Shown here in pieces: positions 31,143-32,000 of a DNA stretch of 32,000 bases; position 1 is the stretch's first letter, and each line of letters opens with the position of its first letter. Source of the DNA: Corynebacterium amycolatum. Its GTDB lineage: Bacteria > Actinomycetota > Actinomycetes > Mycobacteriales > Mycobacteriaceae. The notes under the pieces are model-generated. The model worked only from the letters and a program-made list of their open reading frames with translations, searched no databases and had not been told where the DNA came from. Location: NCBI RefSeq assembly GCF_049243625.1, contig NZ_CP046975.1; one strand, written 5' to 3'. The position numbers and the translations under genes are program-made.

Positions 31143-32000
31143 ATGACTACCGAAGTTCGTCCGAGTGCTGGGCATGGCTCCGCTTTCCAGCCGGGAGCGG
31201 ATGCTGCACAGCAGGCGGGAGCCACGTTGGCTGAACAGACTGACGCTGTCATTCTGGTCGGCGGGCAAGGTACGCGTTTGCGTCCCCTTACTGTGAATAC
31301 GCCGAAGCCGATGCTGCCCACGGCAGGACATCCATTCCTGGAGCATCTGCTTGGCCGCATTCGTGCAGCAGGTATGAAGCACGTGATATTGGGCACCTCC
31401 TACCGTGCTGAAGTATTTGAAGAACACTTCGGCGACGGTTCGGATTTGGGTCTCGAAATTGAATATGTCTTTGAGGCTGAGCCGCTGGGGACCGGTGGCG
31501 GTATCCGAAACGTCCTCGACAAGCTGCGCTATGACACCGCGATGATTTTCAACGGCGATGTCCTCGGCGGCACCGACTTGCGCGCGGTGTTGGGTACTCA
31601 CGCGGAGAAGGACGCGGACGTCACGATGCACCTCGTACGTGTGCCGGATCCACGCGCGTTCGGCTGTGTTCCGACCGATGAGGATGGGCGCGTCCTGGAG
31701 TTTCTGGAGAAGACCCAGGATCCGCCAACCGATCAGATTAATGCCGGTATCTACGTGTTCCGCCGCGAGATTATCGAATCGATTCCGGCTGGTCGTCCTA
31801 TTAGCGTTGAGCGTGAAATCTTCCCAGCGCTGCTCGACCGCGGTATGAACGTCTACGGTCACGTTGATTACGCCTACTGGCGTGACATGGGGACTCCGGG
31901 TGACTTCGTCCGCGGCTCCTCCGATTTGGTCCGCGGTATCGCGCCGTCACCACTTCTAGAGGGTAAGCACGGCGAAGCGCTTGTCGACGAATCTGCGTCG
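31143..32000 (+). CDS. Mannose-1-phosphate guanylyltransferase / sugar-nucleotidyltransferase (3' end outside the window)
   Basis: My own translation from ATG 31143: MTTEVRPSAG…AVILVGGQGTRLRPLTVNTPKPMLPTAGHPFLEHLL…EPLGTGGGIRN. The frame is open to the window end. It is not in the ORF track because no stop is reached. Its position is equivalent to Rv3264c. Confidence 0.8.
   Translation, partial: MTTEVRPSAGHGSAFQPGADAAQQAGATLAEQTDAVILVGGQGTRLRPLTVNTPKPMLPTAGHPFLEHLLGRIRAAGMKHVILGTSYRAEVFEEHFGDGSDLGLEIEYVFEAEPLGTGGGIRNVLDKLRYDTAMIFNGDVLGGTDLRAVLGTHAEKDADVTMHLVRVPDPRAFGCVPTDEDGRVLEFLEKTQDPPTDQINAGIYVFRREIIESIPAGRPISVEREIFPALLDRGMNVYGHVDYAYWRDMGTPGDFVRGSSDLVRGIAPSPLLEGKHGEALVDESAS

Noticed and set aside
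31098-31862. 254-aa minus-strand ORF at the right end of the window.
   Set aside because: The plus strand here encodes a clear nucleotidyltransferase (GGQGTRLRPLT…) that the ORF track misses only because it runs off the window. The minus ORF is its shadow.

Overview
This is a high-GC, gene-dense actinobacterial chromosome segment. Gene content and synteny point to the Corynebacteriales, but the species cannot be named from sequence alone. It has three blocks.

(1) 1-13.8 kb: the 3' end of purH, a TetR regulator, and a co-directional acyl-CoA catabolic cluster. The cluster encodes acyl-CoA carboxylase beta and alpha subunits, an acyl-CoA dehydrogenase, a MaoC hydratase, a CitE-type lyase, an acyl-CoA synthetase, the ScoAB CoA-transferase, a thiolase and a second CitE paralogue. 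This is the gene set of the M. tuberculosis Rv2498c-Rv2506 leucine/itaconate locus with sub-block order permuted, plus a thiolase and the second CitE.

(2) 13.8-27.4 kb: a complete Tat-exported, cytochrome-b-linked [NiFe]-hydrogenase island. It carries hypD-hypC, hypE, hypF, hypA-hypB, the small and large subunits, an N-terminally extended cytochrome b and a maturation protease. It also carries an extra module: a second HypA, a large-subunit-like (HupK/HoxV-type) protein and a second HypC.

(3) 27.4-32 kb: a cell-wall linker locus of LCP / rmlD / wbbL / mannose-1-P guanylyltransferase, with the same layout as Rv3267-Rv3264c.

No tRNA, rRNA, transposase, integrase or CRISPR array is visible.

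The most interesting observations are:
- the orphan large-subunit paralogue, which keeps both CxxC pairs and is flanked by private HypA and HypC copies;
- the ~174-aa unassigned domain fused to the hydrogenase cytochrome b;
- the long cytoplasmic tail on the small subunit;
- zero or negative spacing at all four convergent gene junctions of the island;
- a 33/32-bp tandem duplication upstream of rmlD.

All calls rest on reading translated motifs and on synteny. No database search was possible.
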